Origin: a bacterium
GTDB lineage: Bacteria > Sysuimicrobiota > Sysuimicrobiia > Sysuimicrobiales > Humicultoraceae
Direction: 5' to 3'
NCBI GenBank assembly: GCA_050695215.1
Contig: JBOGSD010000004.1
Location: 1,864-65,863, forward strand
Length of the DNA: 64,000 nucleotides
The notes beneath the pieces are model-generated. The model saw nothing but the letters and a program-made list of their open reading frames with translations, made no database searches and was not told the DNA's origin. Positions 44,592-53,783 of this stretch are shown here, piece by piece. A program made the translations under genes and the position numbers. Positions within the stretch are counted from its first letter, which is position 1; each line of letters opens with the position of its first letter.

Positions 44592-44637
44592 CGGGGAACG
44601 CTCCCTTTCCTCGCCGGGGAACGCTCCCTTTCCTCGC
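44592..44637. repeat. Perfect 23-bp tandem duplication (CGGGGAACGCTCCCTTTCCTCGC x2) in the 5' leader/promoter of the MutY-like gene
   Basis: Units at 44592-44614 and 44615-44637 are identical, followed by a partial third start (CGGGG). The repeat lies 33 nt upstream of the MutY-like GTG start, and the ndk start is ~100 nt to its other side, divergent. Each unit contains an imperfect palindrome GGGAACGCTCCC. Confidence 0.8.
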
Positions 44638-44738
44638 CGGGGCGTACCTGTGTCGCGGCGCACCGTTCTGCAGTATCATCCTGAGACGGTTGCCGCGGCG
44701 AGCATACGTGCGGCGGCCGTCGCACCGGAGGAGAGCGG

Positions 44739-45335
44739 ATGTCTGACGTCCGGCACCAACGCACGCTCGTCTTCGTCAAACCCGACGGGGTGCAGCGCAG
44801 CCTGGTCGGTGAGATCCTGGGCCGCTTCGAGCGCGCGGGGTTGCGGCTCGTCGGGTTGAAGATGGTCCGGGCGCAGCCGGACTTCCTGGAGCGGCACTAT
44901 CCCGGCGACGAGGGTTTCCTCCGGACGATCGGCGGCAAGACGAAAGAGGCCTTCGCGGCGGCGGGGCTGGACGTCAAGGCCCAAACCGGCAGCGACGACA
45001 CGCTCGCCATCGGCCGGTCGGTGCGGGGGTGGCTGATCGAGTACGTCGCCAGCAGCCCCGTCGTGGCCTGTGTCCTGGAGGGCATCCAGGCCGTCTCCAC
45101 CGTGCGCAAGATCGTGGGGGACACCCTGCCGTTCCGTGCCGCCCCCGGCACCATCCGCGGGGATTTCTCCATCGACTCCCCGACGGTGGCCAACCTGCAG
45201 CGCCGTCCCGTCCGCAACCTGGTGCACGCCTCCGGCACGGTGGAGGAGGCGGCCGTAGAGATCGCCCTGTGGTTCGCCCCGGAGGAGTTGTTCGACTACC
45301 GGCGGGTGGACGAAGGGCTGATTCAGGGCGACTGA
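44739..45335 (+). CDS. ndk: Nucleoside diphosphate kinase
   Basis: RTLVFVKPDGVQRSLVGEILGRFERAGLRLVGLKM...TIRGDF...NLVHASG is an Ndk fold with the catalytic His. The protein is longer than usual, with an insert. Confidence 0.85.
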   Translation: MSDVRHQRTLVFVKPDGVQRSLVGEILGRFERAGLRLVGLKMVRAQPDFLERHYPGDEGFLRTIGGKTKEAFAAAGLDVKAQTGSDDTLAIGRSVRGWLIEYVASSPVVACVLEGIQAVSTVRKIVGDTLPFRAAPGTIRGDFSIDSPTVANLQRRPVRNLVHASGTVEEAAVEIALWFAPEELFDYRRVDEGLIQGD

Positions 45336-46084
45336 TCGATCGCCCGGGCCACCATCCAGCATGAGACCGACAGCACGTTGCCGCGTTGCGGCTCCGCCGG
45401 CAGCGTCTCGCGGTCGGCCAGCACCGCCAGCCCCACCTTCTCGACGGCGACCCGCAGCTGCCAGTACGGCGCGCCGCTGACCCGGTTCGTCAGCAGCTCG
45501 GCCTCCTCGACGAGACCCGTCATCAGCGCGGTAGACTCGGGGTCGGCTTCCGGCGCGTCCGCCCCGAAGTGGGCCGCCGAGACCACAGAGCGCAGCGGCG
45601 GCCGGTATTGCGTCTGGCGGGTGCGGTCATAGGCCGCCGCGTCGGGGGAGAGGGCGGCCTCGGAGGCGATCGCGCAGATCTCCACCGCCGCGATCGCCCC
45701 GGTGCGCAGCCGGGGCCGCGCCAGCGCGAAGTTCACGACGTCGAGGCGTAGCGGAAAGGCGCCGGAGAGCGGCTCGTCGGGCTCTACCGGCTCGACCCAG
45801 CCTTCGACCCAACCCTGACCTTCGCTCTCGGCATCCTCGCCCACCGCCGTGATAGCCAGCCGCAGCGGGGAAGGCGCCCGGTGGAAGGGCGTCGCCTCGA
45901 CCACGTCGCCCTCCACATCGACCAGCGCCCAAATCTCCGGCCCGCCGCCCACCTCCCACCGAACCAGCGCACCCCCGCCGGGGAGCGCGGTGCGCACCCC
46001 TTCGGCCGCCGCCCGCGCCTTCAACCGCTCGTACTCGGCCATCTCCCGGATGGGAAAGCCGATGCAGGCGAAATGGCTGGACAC
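45323..46084 (-). CDS. Hypothetical protein (no recognisable domain), last gene of the yhaO-yhaN-transglutaminase-like operon
   Basis: 253-aa ORF with protein-like composition, 13 nt downstream of the transglutaminase-like gene on the same strand. It overlaps the ndk 3' end by 13 nt, convergently. Confidence 0.5.
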   Translation of the reverse strand: MSSHFACIGFPIREMAEYERLKARAAAEGVRTALPGGGALVRWEVGGGPEIWALVDVEGDVVEATPFHRAPSPLRLAITAVGEDAESEGQGWVEGWVEPVEPDEPLSGAFPLRLDVVNFALARPRLRTGAIAAVEICAIASEAALSPDAAAYDRTRQTQYRPPLRSVVSAAHFGADAPEADPESTALMTGLVEEAELLTNRVSGAPYWQLRVAVEKVGLAVLADRETLPAEPQRGNVLSVSCWMVARAIDQSP

Positions 46085-46096
46085 CGGCTCAGCGGC

Positions 46097-46921
46097 TCAA
46101 TTGAGCCGGCGCATCTGCAGTTGGAGGCGGATCAGATGCGCCTGGATGCGCGCCCGGTCCGGCGCCTCGGGCGCCTCGGCCAGGTACCGCTCCAGATGCG
46201 GCACCGCGTCGCGCAGCTGCCCCGCCCGGGCGAGCAGGAGGCCCAGGTCGCGGCGCTCCTCCGCCGCCGGCAGAACAAGCAGAATCCGCTCGCTGCAGCG
46301 GACCGCCCGCGGGAAGTCTTCTCGCGTCACGTAAACATGCTTGAGGTTGCGCAGCAGGCGGGCGATAGTCTCGTGTGGCGTGGCGGGGCGCAGCACCGCC
46401 GGATCGAGGGCCGCTGCCGGCCCAAACTGCTCGAGGGTGAGCAGACGGAAGTCGCTCTCGGTAAGGAGCCAGCCCTCGTTGAACGCGTCCAGGAAGAACG
46501 GCTCGGGGGCGGCCCGGTAGACGACGATGAAGTGGCCGGGGAAGGAGACGCCCGACAGCGGCAACCCCAGCCGGCCTCCCACGGCGACGTAGAGGATCGA
46601 CAGGGTGATCGGGATGCCCACCCGCCGGTCGAGGACCTCGTTGAGAAAGCTGTTGCGCGGATCGTAATAGTCCCCCACGTTGCCCCGGAAGCCGAGGTGG
46701 CCGAAGAGGTGATCGGATAACAACTGCGCCAGCCGGTGGGGTTCCAGTTCGCGGCGCAGCCGGGCCGCCACCGCGCGGGCCATCTCGTCCAGCCGGTCCT
46801 GGTGGGCGGCGACGTCCAGCCCTGGATACTCCTCCGCCGCGACCAGCAGCGCCGCCTCGTCCAGGGAGATCGCCTCCGGGGCCTGGGCCATGAGGACGGC
46901 GAAGCGCTCGCGCACGCCCAT
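46097..46921 (-). CDS. Transglutaminase-like (Transglut_core2 / SirB1-YchA-type) protein with C-terminal TPR-like region
   Basis: ...VLDRRVGIPITLSILYVAVGGRLGLPLSGVSFPGHFIVVY... matches the YchA/SirB1 transglutaminase-like core. The C-terminal region is helical-repeat-like. Confidence 0.7.
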   Translation of the reverse strand: MGVRERFAVLMAQAPEAISLDEAALLVAAEEYPGLDVAAHQDRLDEMARAVAARLRRELEPHRLAQLLSDHLFGHLGFRGNVGDYYDPRNSFLNEVLDRRVGIPITLSILYVAVGGRLGLPLSGVSFPGHFIVVYRAAPEPFFLDAFNEGWLLTESDFRLLTLEQFGPAAALDPAVLRPATPHETIARLLRNLKHVYVTREDFPRAVRCSERILLVLPAAEERRDLGLLLARAGQLRDAVPHLERYLAEAPEAPDRARIQAHLIRLQLQMRRLN

Positions 46922-46938
46922 GGAGCCGGGATTCCGGA

Positions 46939-49083
46939 CTACGCCGAGATCTGCCGCACCGGCAGGGTGATGACCTGATCGGCGGGCAGCTCGTCGTGCC
47001 GCCAGGCCGTAAAGAGGAAGACCTGCCGGGCTCGGGCGGCGGCGGTGAGAAGATCCAGCACGCCGCTCATGCGCTCCGGGTCGACGTTGACGAAGGGCTC
47101 ATCCAGAAAGAGGGGCGGCGTTCGGCCCTGGCAGATCACGTCCAGCAGCGCCAGGCGCAGCGAGAGATAGAGCTGGTCAACCGTGCCCTGGCTGAGGCCG
47201 GCGGGGCCTTTCCAGCCGCGCACCGCGTCGACCCAGAGCCGGGGGGTCAGCGTGCGCTCATCCAGCGAGATCTTGGCATAGGCGCCGCGCGTGGCCACGC
47301 GGAGATAGTCGCCCGCGCCCCGCTCCAAGAGTTCGCGCGCCGGGAAGAAGGACTGCCGCCGGGCTTCCTCGAGCATCCGGCGGGTGAAGGCGAGCACCTC
47401 CAGGAATTCCGCCGTGCGCGTCTGCTGGCGCTGCAGCGCGGCGATCTGTTCCTCAATCACCTCGCGCTGCTCGGGGCGGTCGCGCTGTCCTTCCAGCATG
47501 GCGGAGAGCCGCCCCTTGCGCTCGCGCAGGGCCTCCGCCTCTTTCTGCAGCGTCGCCGTCTCGCGCGCCAGCCGCTCCCGCGACGCCGCGACGGCCTTCG
47601 CCGCGTCGGGCGCCTCGGCCAGCCCCGCGCGCGCCTCGGCGAGCTCGGCCTCCAGGCCGCTCACCCGCTCGGCCACGCGGTCGCGCGTCCGACCGGCCAG
47701 CAGTTGCTGCATCGCCATCCGCGTTTCCTCTTGCTGGCGCACGACCTCCATGTAGGTGGAGAAGCGGCGTTCGACCGCCTCGAGGGAGTCGGCGCCCAGG
47801 GAGGAGAGCTGGCCTTGCAGTTCTCGATCCGCGTCGCGGAGCTGGGCCTGCGCCCCTTCGACGCGCCGCCGCAGCTCCAAGACGCGCTGCTCCTGACGGC
47901 GGTACTGCACGCCGGTCGTCCCGACCCGGCCGCGCTGGTTGATCGCCAGCAGCACGAGCACGATGGCGGCGGCCACGACACCCCACCCCAAGAAGAGCCC
48001 GCGCACTTGAAGGAGGAAGACGCCGCTGATCGCCGCCGCGCCTCCGGCGGCCCCCAGGACCAGTCCGATCCCCGCGCGGCGACGGCTGCGCTGGTGGCGG
48101 CTGCCCAGTTGCTCGAGCGCGCCCTCCTCCCGCTCCAGCTGCTGACGTCCGGTGGCGAGAGCCTGCTGCAACCCCTGCGCCGTGCGCCGCGCCTGAATGA
48201 AGGCCCCCAGGGCGGCCTGACTCTGATCGGTGAAGGTCCGCAGCCGTGCGTCGAGATCGACCTGCGTCGCCGCCAGTTTTTCGTAGCGGGTGAGCTGATC
48301 CCACGTCTCTCGCAGTTCCCGGTCGGCCGCCTCCACGCGCCGCTGCAGCTGGCCGTGCGCGTCCGCAGCGGTGAGCTGTTCGGTCTTGGCAGCCATCTGT
48401 CGTTCCAGATCGTCGAGCTGCCGCGTCACCCCCCGCAGCTCCCCCCAGACTCCCTGCGTGCGGTCTCCCCTCCGGTCGACGTCGGCCAGACGGGCGGTGA
48501 GGGCGGCGATCCCTTCGCGTTCGCCCGACTTGGCCGCCGCGCCCTCCAGCGCGCGCCGGCGGTCGTCCAGCCAGCGCAGCGCCCCGTCGACGTCCTCGGT
48601 CCCGCCCCCGCTGAGCACCCGCGCCAGCCGCGCCCCGATCAGCCGGCGCTCGTCGGTGACCCGGGCGAGTTCGCCCTGTCCCACGAAAGCGGTGGAGCGG
48701 AAAGCGCTCTCGCCGGGGAGCCCCAGCCAGTCCAGGATCCGCTGCTGGATCTCCCGGGCGCCGTCGACCGATCCCGAGCGGTCCTGGCGCTGCAGCAGCG
48801 CGGTGCCCGCTTCAAGATCTTTCCGCAGCAGATAGGTGGCGCCGTTGGCCTCGAACTCGAGGATCAGTTCACCCAGCCGCTGCTCTCCCCACGGCCGCGC
48901 CAGCTCCGCGAAGTCGGCGGGTGGCTGCGCGGGGTTCATCAGCAGCCCTGTGAAGAGCGCTTCCATCAGCGTGGTCTTGCCGGACTCGTTGGGACCGTAG
49001 ACGACGTTCAGCCCCGGTGTGAAAGTGAAAGTCTGGTTGTCCAGGCCCTTGAAGCGCCGGACGCGCAGCCGCCGCAGGATCAC
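46939..49083 (-). CDS. SbcC/Rad50-like ATPase, YhaN family (coiled-coil, central hydrophobic hairpin)
   Basis: N-terminal MILRRLRVRRFKGLDNQTFTFTPGLNVVYGPNESGKTTLMEAL (Walker A). C-terminal ...LFLDEPFVNVDPERM... (Walker B / D-loop). Long coiled coils. Two predicted TM segments mid-protein (GLVLGAAGGAAAISGVFLLQV / FLGWGVVAAAIVLVLLAI). Confidence 0.8.
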   Translation of the reverse strand: MILRRLRVRRFKGLDNQTFTFTPGLNVVYGPNESGKTTLMEALFTGLLMNPAQPPADFAELARPWGEQRLGELILEFEANGATYLLRKDLEAGTALLQRQDRSGSVDGAREIQQRILDWLGLPGESAFRSTAFVGQGELARVTDERRLIGARLARVLSGGGTEDVDGALRWLDDRRRALEGAAAKSGEREGIAALTARLADVDRRGDRTQGVWGELRGVTRQLDDLERQMAAKTEQLTAADAHGQLQRRVEAADRELRETWDQLTRYEKLAATQVDLDARLRTFTDQSQAALGAFIQARRTAQGLQQALATGRQQLEREEGALEQLGSRHQRSRRRAGIGLVLGAAGGAAAISGVFLLQVRGLFLGWGVVAAAIVLVLLAINQRGRVGTTGVQYRRQEQRVLELRRRVEGAQAQLRDADRELQGQLSSLGADSLEAVERRFSTYMEVVRQQEETRMAMQQLLAGRTRDRVAERVSGLEAELAEARAGLAEAPDAAKAVAASRERLARETATLQKEAEALRERKGRLSAMLEGQRDRPEQREVIEEQIAALQRQQTRTAEFLEVLAFTRRMLEEARRQSFFPARELLERGAGDYLRVATRGAYAKISLDERTLTPRLWVDAVRGWKGPAGLSQGTVDQLYLSLRLALLDVICQGRTPPLFLDEPFVNVDPERMSGVLDLLTAAARARQVFLFTAWRHDELPADQVITLPVRQISA

Positions 49084-50201
49084 GGCCGCCCTCCGCGTCC
49101 CGCCAGCAGCCAGAGACCCAGCCGGTGCGCCGCGCCGATGCGCCGCCGTTCGGGCTCAGAACCGGCCTGCTGCAACTGCGCCGCCATCAGCTCACCGTAC
49201 TTGCCTGGCACCGTGATGGTCCTGCCCGGCCCCCCCAGCGCGGCCCCCGGGTCGGGCATCGCCTCGTCGACGATCTCCACGCCAAAGAAGCGCGGAGCCA
49301 GAGCCTGTTCGAGGGCGAGGGCGTCGATGAACTGCGCGGGGAGCGCCCGCCCGCTCAGGCGCACCTCCAGCAGCAGGTCGGGATCGGCCAGGGCTTCGAT
49401 CTGCGCGGTCAGCGCCTCGAGCGTCGGATAGGCCGCCGGCTCGAGGGCCAGCCGCTCGACACGGCCGCGCGCCACCGCCAGCGGCCGCACCCGCGCGCCC
49501 TCCCGTTCCAGCTCGACCAGCAGCGCCGCCCCCGGCGGCTCGGTGCGGACCTGGAGGTCCAGCGACCCCGGATACCAGGCCACCACTCCCTCCGCGCCCA
49601 GGTCGAGGGTGCGGTGGGTGCCTCCGAGAGCGAGATAGGCGAAACCCGGCGCCGCCGCCGCTTTCGCCAGCGCTTCCCGGCCGCCGCTCCGCCGGGGATC
49701 GGCGGCCACCAGGCCCACCGTACGGCCCTTTCCGGCCGTGAGGCCCTTGAAAGGATCGGTGACCTCCTTGCCTTTGGTCGCCGACCGCCCGCTCACCGCA
49801 AGATCGAGGCCCGGGTATTCGATGACCTTCGGCGCCGCGGGAAGGACCGTCACGCCGCTCAGCCCGTCAAGCGCGCCACCGGCATAGGCGCCCTGAGCGT
49901 CCAGCCCATCGGCCTCTCCGGCGGCGATGACCGTTTCGATGCCGTCCGCCGCCATTCGTGAGAGCTGGGCGCGGACGAAGTCGGTCAGTTCCGGATGGGG
50001 GCGGCTGCTGCCAAACAGCGCACCGGCGACGAGGACGAGATCGACGCCCTCAGCGGCGCCCTTGGCCAGTGCGTCGGCGAAGGTCTGGCGGATCCTCCGC
50101 CGGTGCGCCGGACCCCGCTCCCCCAGCCAGGGGAACCCGGCGCCCAGATGGACGTCGGCCAGATGGAGGAGACGCGGGGCGTCGCGTTTGGTCCTACTCA
50201 T
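49080..50201 (-). CDS. Mre11/SbcD-like calcineurin-type phosphoesterase (YhaO family)
   Basis: Start MSRTKRDAPRLLHLADVHLG (ATG 50199-50201). The metallophosphoesterase motif DVHLG...GDLF-like follows. Its stop overlaps the yhaN-like start (ATGA). Confidence 0.8.
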   Translation of the reverse strand: MSRTKRDAPRLLHLADVHLGAGFPWLGERGPAHRRRIRQTFADALAKGAAEGVDLVLVAGALFGSSRPHPELTDFVRAQLSRMAADGIETVIAAGEADGLDAQGAYAGGALDGLSGVTVLPAAPKVIEYPGLDLAVSGRSATKGKEVTDPFKGLTAGKGRTVGLVAADPRRSGGREALAKAAAAPGFAYLALGGTHRTLDLGAEGVVAWYPGSLDLQVRTEPPGAALLVELEREGARVRPLAVARGRVERLALEPAAYPTLEALTAQIEALADPDLLLEVRLSGRALPAQFIDALALEQALAPRFFGVEIVDEAMPDPGAALGGPGRTITVPGKYGELMAAQLQQAGSEPERRRIGAAHRLGLWLLAGRGGRP

Positions 50202-50214
50202 CGGCTCCTGTTCT

Positions 50215-50601
50215 TCAGCGTGAAGGTCTCCAGCTCCCCCAGATCCCTTGTAGCGAGAGGCGGCCGGGGCCCAGCAGCACCAGGGCAACGCAGGTGAGCA
50301 TGATCACCAGTTCGTACTCGGTCGCGCCGACGAACCCCTGGGGCAGGCGCACCGTGTAGATCGCCACGGCCATCTCGATAGCCAGGAGGGCGGCGGCGGG
50401 ACGGGCCAGCAACCCCACCAGCAGCGCGGCGCCGCCGGCCAGTTCCAGGGCGCCGACAAACCAGGCGGTCGCCTCGGCCAGCGGAATGCCCACGGTGAGG
50501 AAGAGCGCCACCGTCAGGTCGTGCTGTCCCCCCAGCAGTTTGAGGTAGCCGTGGACCAGAAACACCACCGCCGGGCCCAGCCGCAGGAGCAGGAGCCCCA
50601 C
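50215..50601 (-). CDS. DoxX-family membrane protein
   Basis: ...LLLLRLGPAVVFLVHGYLKL... is a DoxX signature. 4 TM helices. Start ambiguous between GTG 50601 and ATG 50673. Confidence 0.55.
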   Translation of the reverse strand: MGLLLLRLGPAVVFLVHGYLKLLGGQHDLTVALFLTVGIPLAEATAWFVGALELAGGAALLVGLLARPAAALLAIEMAVAIYTVRLPQGFVGATEYELVIMLTCVALVLLGPGRLSLQGIWGSWRPSR

Positions 50602-50627
50602 GGCCTCCCCCGGGCGTGGACCGGCCG

Positions 50628-51137
50628 CTATCCGGCCGGCGGCAAGGAAAGGATGAGGGCGCCGCTCCCCCACGGCATGTCGTTGTAGTCGGGATCATTG
50701 CGCTGGATGGCGGCCCAGAGACAGGCGGCCAGCTTGGCGTCCAGCCGCCGCACGATCTCGTACTCGCGCAGCGCCGCCTTCCGGTCTCCCTTGGCCAGAT
50801 ACGCCCGGGCCAGGTAGTCGTGCGCCTGGGGGAAGGTCGGCCGCAGCGCGATGGCCACCTTGTAGAGTTCGATGGATTTGTCGATCATGCCGATCTTGCG
50901 GTAGCTGTAAGCCAGGTTGTTGAAGGCTTCGGGGAAGCGCCCGCCCAGGGCGACCGCCCGCTCGTACTCCTGAATCGCCGCGGTCCACTTCTTCGCCCTG
51001 TGCAACTCCAGGCCACGTTTGAAGGCTTTCACCGCTTCTGTGCTGACGCCCTGGGGGACCTCGGTGATGTCCGCGGCGCGCAGAGGCCCCGTCGCCACCA
51101 GCACCAGCAGCGCGGTCAGGATTCCCAGCGAGCGCAT
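50628..51137 (-). CDS. Secreted TPR-repeat protein
   Basis: Signal peptide MRSLGILTALLVLVATGPLRA followed by three TPR-like repeats (AIQEYERAVAL..., AFNNLAYSYRKIG..., AHDYLARAYLAKG...). Confidence 0.7.
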   Translation of the reverse strand: MRSLGILTALLVLVATGPLRAADITEVPQGVSTEAVKAFKRGLELHRAKKWTAAIQEYERAVALGGRFPEAFNNLAYSYRKIGMIDKSIELYKVAIALRPTFPQAHDYLARAYLAKGDRKAALREYEIVRRLDAKLAACLWAAIQRNDPDYNDMPWGSGALILSLPPAG

Positions 51138-51188
51138 GAGACAGAGATCCCTCCTGTCTTCTCAGAGCGCCGGGGGGCTCGGTGAGGT

Positions 51189-52145
51189 TTACCCCGCAGG
51201 GTCGCCGGCCCGTTCAGATGCTTGCCCCACATCCAGCCGGTATACTCGTGCGGCGTTCCCGCCGAGGATAGCCGCCCGGTCTTCGGGGGACAGCTCCAGC
51301 CGGTCGAGCACCTCCACCTGCTCCTTCAGGATGTGGTGCCGGTAGCCATCGAACGCCGTGGAATCGGTCCCGAAGAGGATCCGACTCGGTCCGAAGGTGC
51401 GCAGGGCGTCGCGGAAGACCGCCTCCAGGGAGGGTTCCCCCGGGTGGTAGAGGCGCCAGTTGTTCGTCCCGGAGGTGTCGACGCAGACGTTGTCGGTATG
51501 GTAGGCGAGGAAGAGCGTCTCCCGCAGGAACCCCGCGCCGAAGTGGGCGATGGTGAACGTGACCTCGGGGAACTCCTTGATCACCGCGGACAGCGGCAGC
51601 GGGCTGGCGTACGCCAGATCGTAGAACGCCCCGATCGTGATGCCGAAGTGGAAGAGGATGGGGATCCCTTCCTCGGCGCAGGCTTCATAGATGGGATAGA
51701 GCGCCCGGTCGTTCGGCAGGAAGCGCTGCGTCGGGGGATACAGCTTCAGGCCGGAGAGGCCGCGGGTCCGGAAGGAGCGGATCGTCCGCGCCGCGTCGGG
51801 GTGGCGCGGGTCGGACAGGGAACCGATGCCGTGCAGCCGCTCGGGGTTGATCGCGACGAAAGAGGCCAGTTCGTCGTTGCCCTCTCCCACGGCGATGAAA
51901 CACCCGCCGGCCACCCCGGCCTGATCGAAAGAGGCCAGCCAGGCGGCGGCGTGCTGCTCCAGCGTGATCCCTTCCAGCGCCATCCGCCGCTCCTCGAAGG
52001 TCTTGCCGCGGACGCGCGCCCGCGCCACCGCCTCGGCGCGCAGCGTGCCGGGCCGCTCGCGCATGCGGCGAAACATCTCGGCCGTAACCAGGTGCAGGTG
52101 CGCGTCGATCGGCGGCGGGACGCCGGGACCAGGGGTCGCCGTCAT
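51189..52145 (-). CDS. Amidohydrolase-2 (PF04909-type TIM-barrel metal-dependent hydrolase) family protein
   Basis: N-terminal IDAHLHLV, ...LKLYP..., ...HFG...LFGTD. This motif order is typical of the ACMSD/amidohydrolase_2 family. Confidence 0.75.
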   Translation of the reverse strand: MTATPGPGVPPPIDAHLHLVTAEMFRRMRERPGTLRAEAVARARVRGKTFEERRMALEGITLEQHAAAWLASFDQAGVAGGCFIAVGEGNDELASFVAINPERLHGIGSLSDPRHPDAARTIRSFRTRGLSGLKLYPPTQRFLPNDRALYPIYEACAEEGIPILFHFGITIGAFYDLAYASPLPLSAVIKEFPEVTFTIAHFGAGFLRETLFLAYHTDNVCVDTSGTNNWRLYHPGEPSLEAVFRDALRTFGPSRILFGTDSTAFDGYRHHILKEQVEVLDRLELSPEDRAAILGGNAARVYRLDVGQASERAGDPAG

Positions 52146-52171
52146 CTCCTGCCCACAGCGGTCATCGCCAG

Positions 52172-52951
<780 letters not shown>

Positions 52952-53031
52952 TGTCGCAGGCGGACTTACGTCCATAGGTTGCGTCCTCATTCTATGGCCG
53001 CCGGGTGAATTCATCCAGGCGATGACGCCCG

Positions 53032-53430
53032 TTACCCGCCTAAGCTGTCTCTTTCCATCACCGCGATAATGCGGCTGTCGAAGGTCACCAGCGGAGCGCC
53101 GAGCGATCTGGCCACATGCAGGTAGGTCGCGTCATAGGTCGTCAGCCCCGTTTGCAGCGCAAGGCGCAGGATTTCCGCATGGTCGACCTCGGTCCACTCG
53201 ATGTCAAGCGCCAGGCCTCGCTCCAAGGCCGCGGAGAGGATGTCAGCACGATCCGGGCGGCGCAGCGACTTCTTTCGCGCCACGCTGGCAAGTTCATAGC
53301 CCAACAGCGCCGGCTCGTGAAGGAGAGCGCCTCCGAGCAGAGAGGCCGCCTCCTCCCTTCGCTCCTCTCCGAAGATCAAGGCAGCTATGACAGAGGCGTC
53401 AGCTACCTTAGCGGGCGTCGCGGTCTTCAC
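53032..53430 (-). CDS. vapC: Type II toxin VapC (PIN-domain ribonuclease)
   Basis: 132 aa. N-terminal acidic ...[15 protein letters not shown]..., later ...[21 protein letters not shown]... The PIN-domain conserved D/E/D positions are present. Confidence 0.8.
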   Translation of the reverse strand: MKTATPAKVADASVIAALIFGEERREEAASLLGGALLHEPALLGYELASVARKKSLRRPDRADILSAALERGLALDIEWTEVDHAEILRLALQTGLTTYDATYLHVARSLGAPLVTFDSRIIAVMERDSLGG

Positions 53431-53641
53431 GGATCATTTCCACCGCTTCCGAATCAGTCCTCAAGCCTGATTCACGCACCCACTCGCTCAACTGGGCCAC
53501 TGTGAACTTCTCTTGACCAGCGGCCTCCTCCAGAATCGTCAGTAGTTCCCCCTGAAGAGACCGGTGCCGCCGCCTCGCTCTCGCCCTCAGCCGCTGAACC
53601 ACGGAGTCAGGAACATTCTTTACCGAAATGTTTACGGGCAT
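53408..53641 (-). CDS. vapB: Type II antitoxin VapB (FitA/Arc-like ribbon-helix-helix)
   Basis: Start ATG 53639-53641 after GGGGGA. MPVNISVKNVPDSVVQRLRARARRRHRSLQGELLTILEEA is an RHH fold typical of FitA/VapB. It overlaps the vapC start by 23 nt. Confidence 0.7.
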   Translation of the reverse strand: MPVNISVKNVPDSVVQRLRARARRRHRSLQGELLTILEEAAGQEKFTVAQLSEWVRESGLRTDSEAVEMIREDRDAR

Positions 53642-53783
53642 CTTCGTCCCCCTGTCGTCCGCAGGGTTTCCGTCGGTCCATATCCAATTTGGTACCATTT
53701 CTCAACCATTTCGGAACCACTATATAGACATACTCTGCCGGGAAGGGAAGGTCAAGCGTTTCCTCTGGCCCAAAGGGCCAAGT

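Noticed and set aside
46996-49431. 811-aa plus-strand ORF
   Set aside because: It runs antisense to the YhaN-like ATPase and YhaO-like phosphoesterase genes. Composition is dominated by R/G/A/P/Q with no domain.
50616-51185. 189-aa plus-strand ORF
   Set aside because: It runs antisense to the secreted TPR protein, which has a signal peptide and clear TPR repeats.
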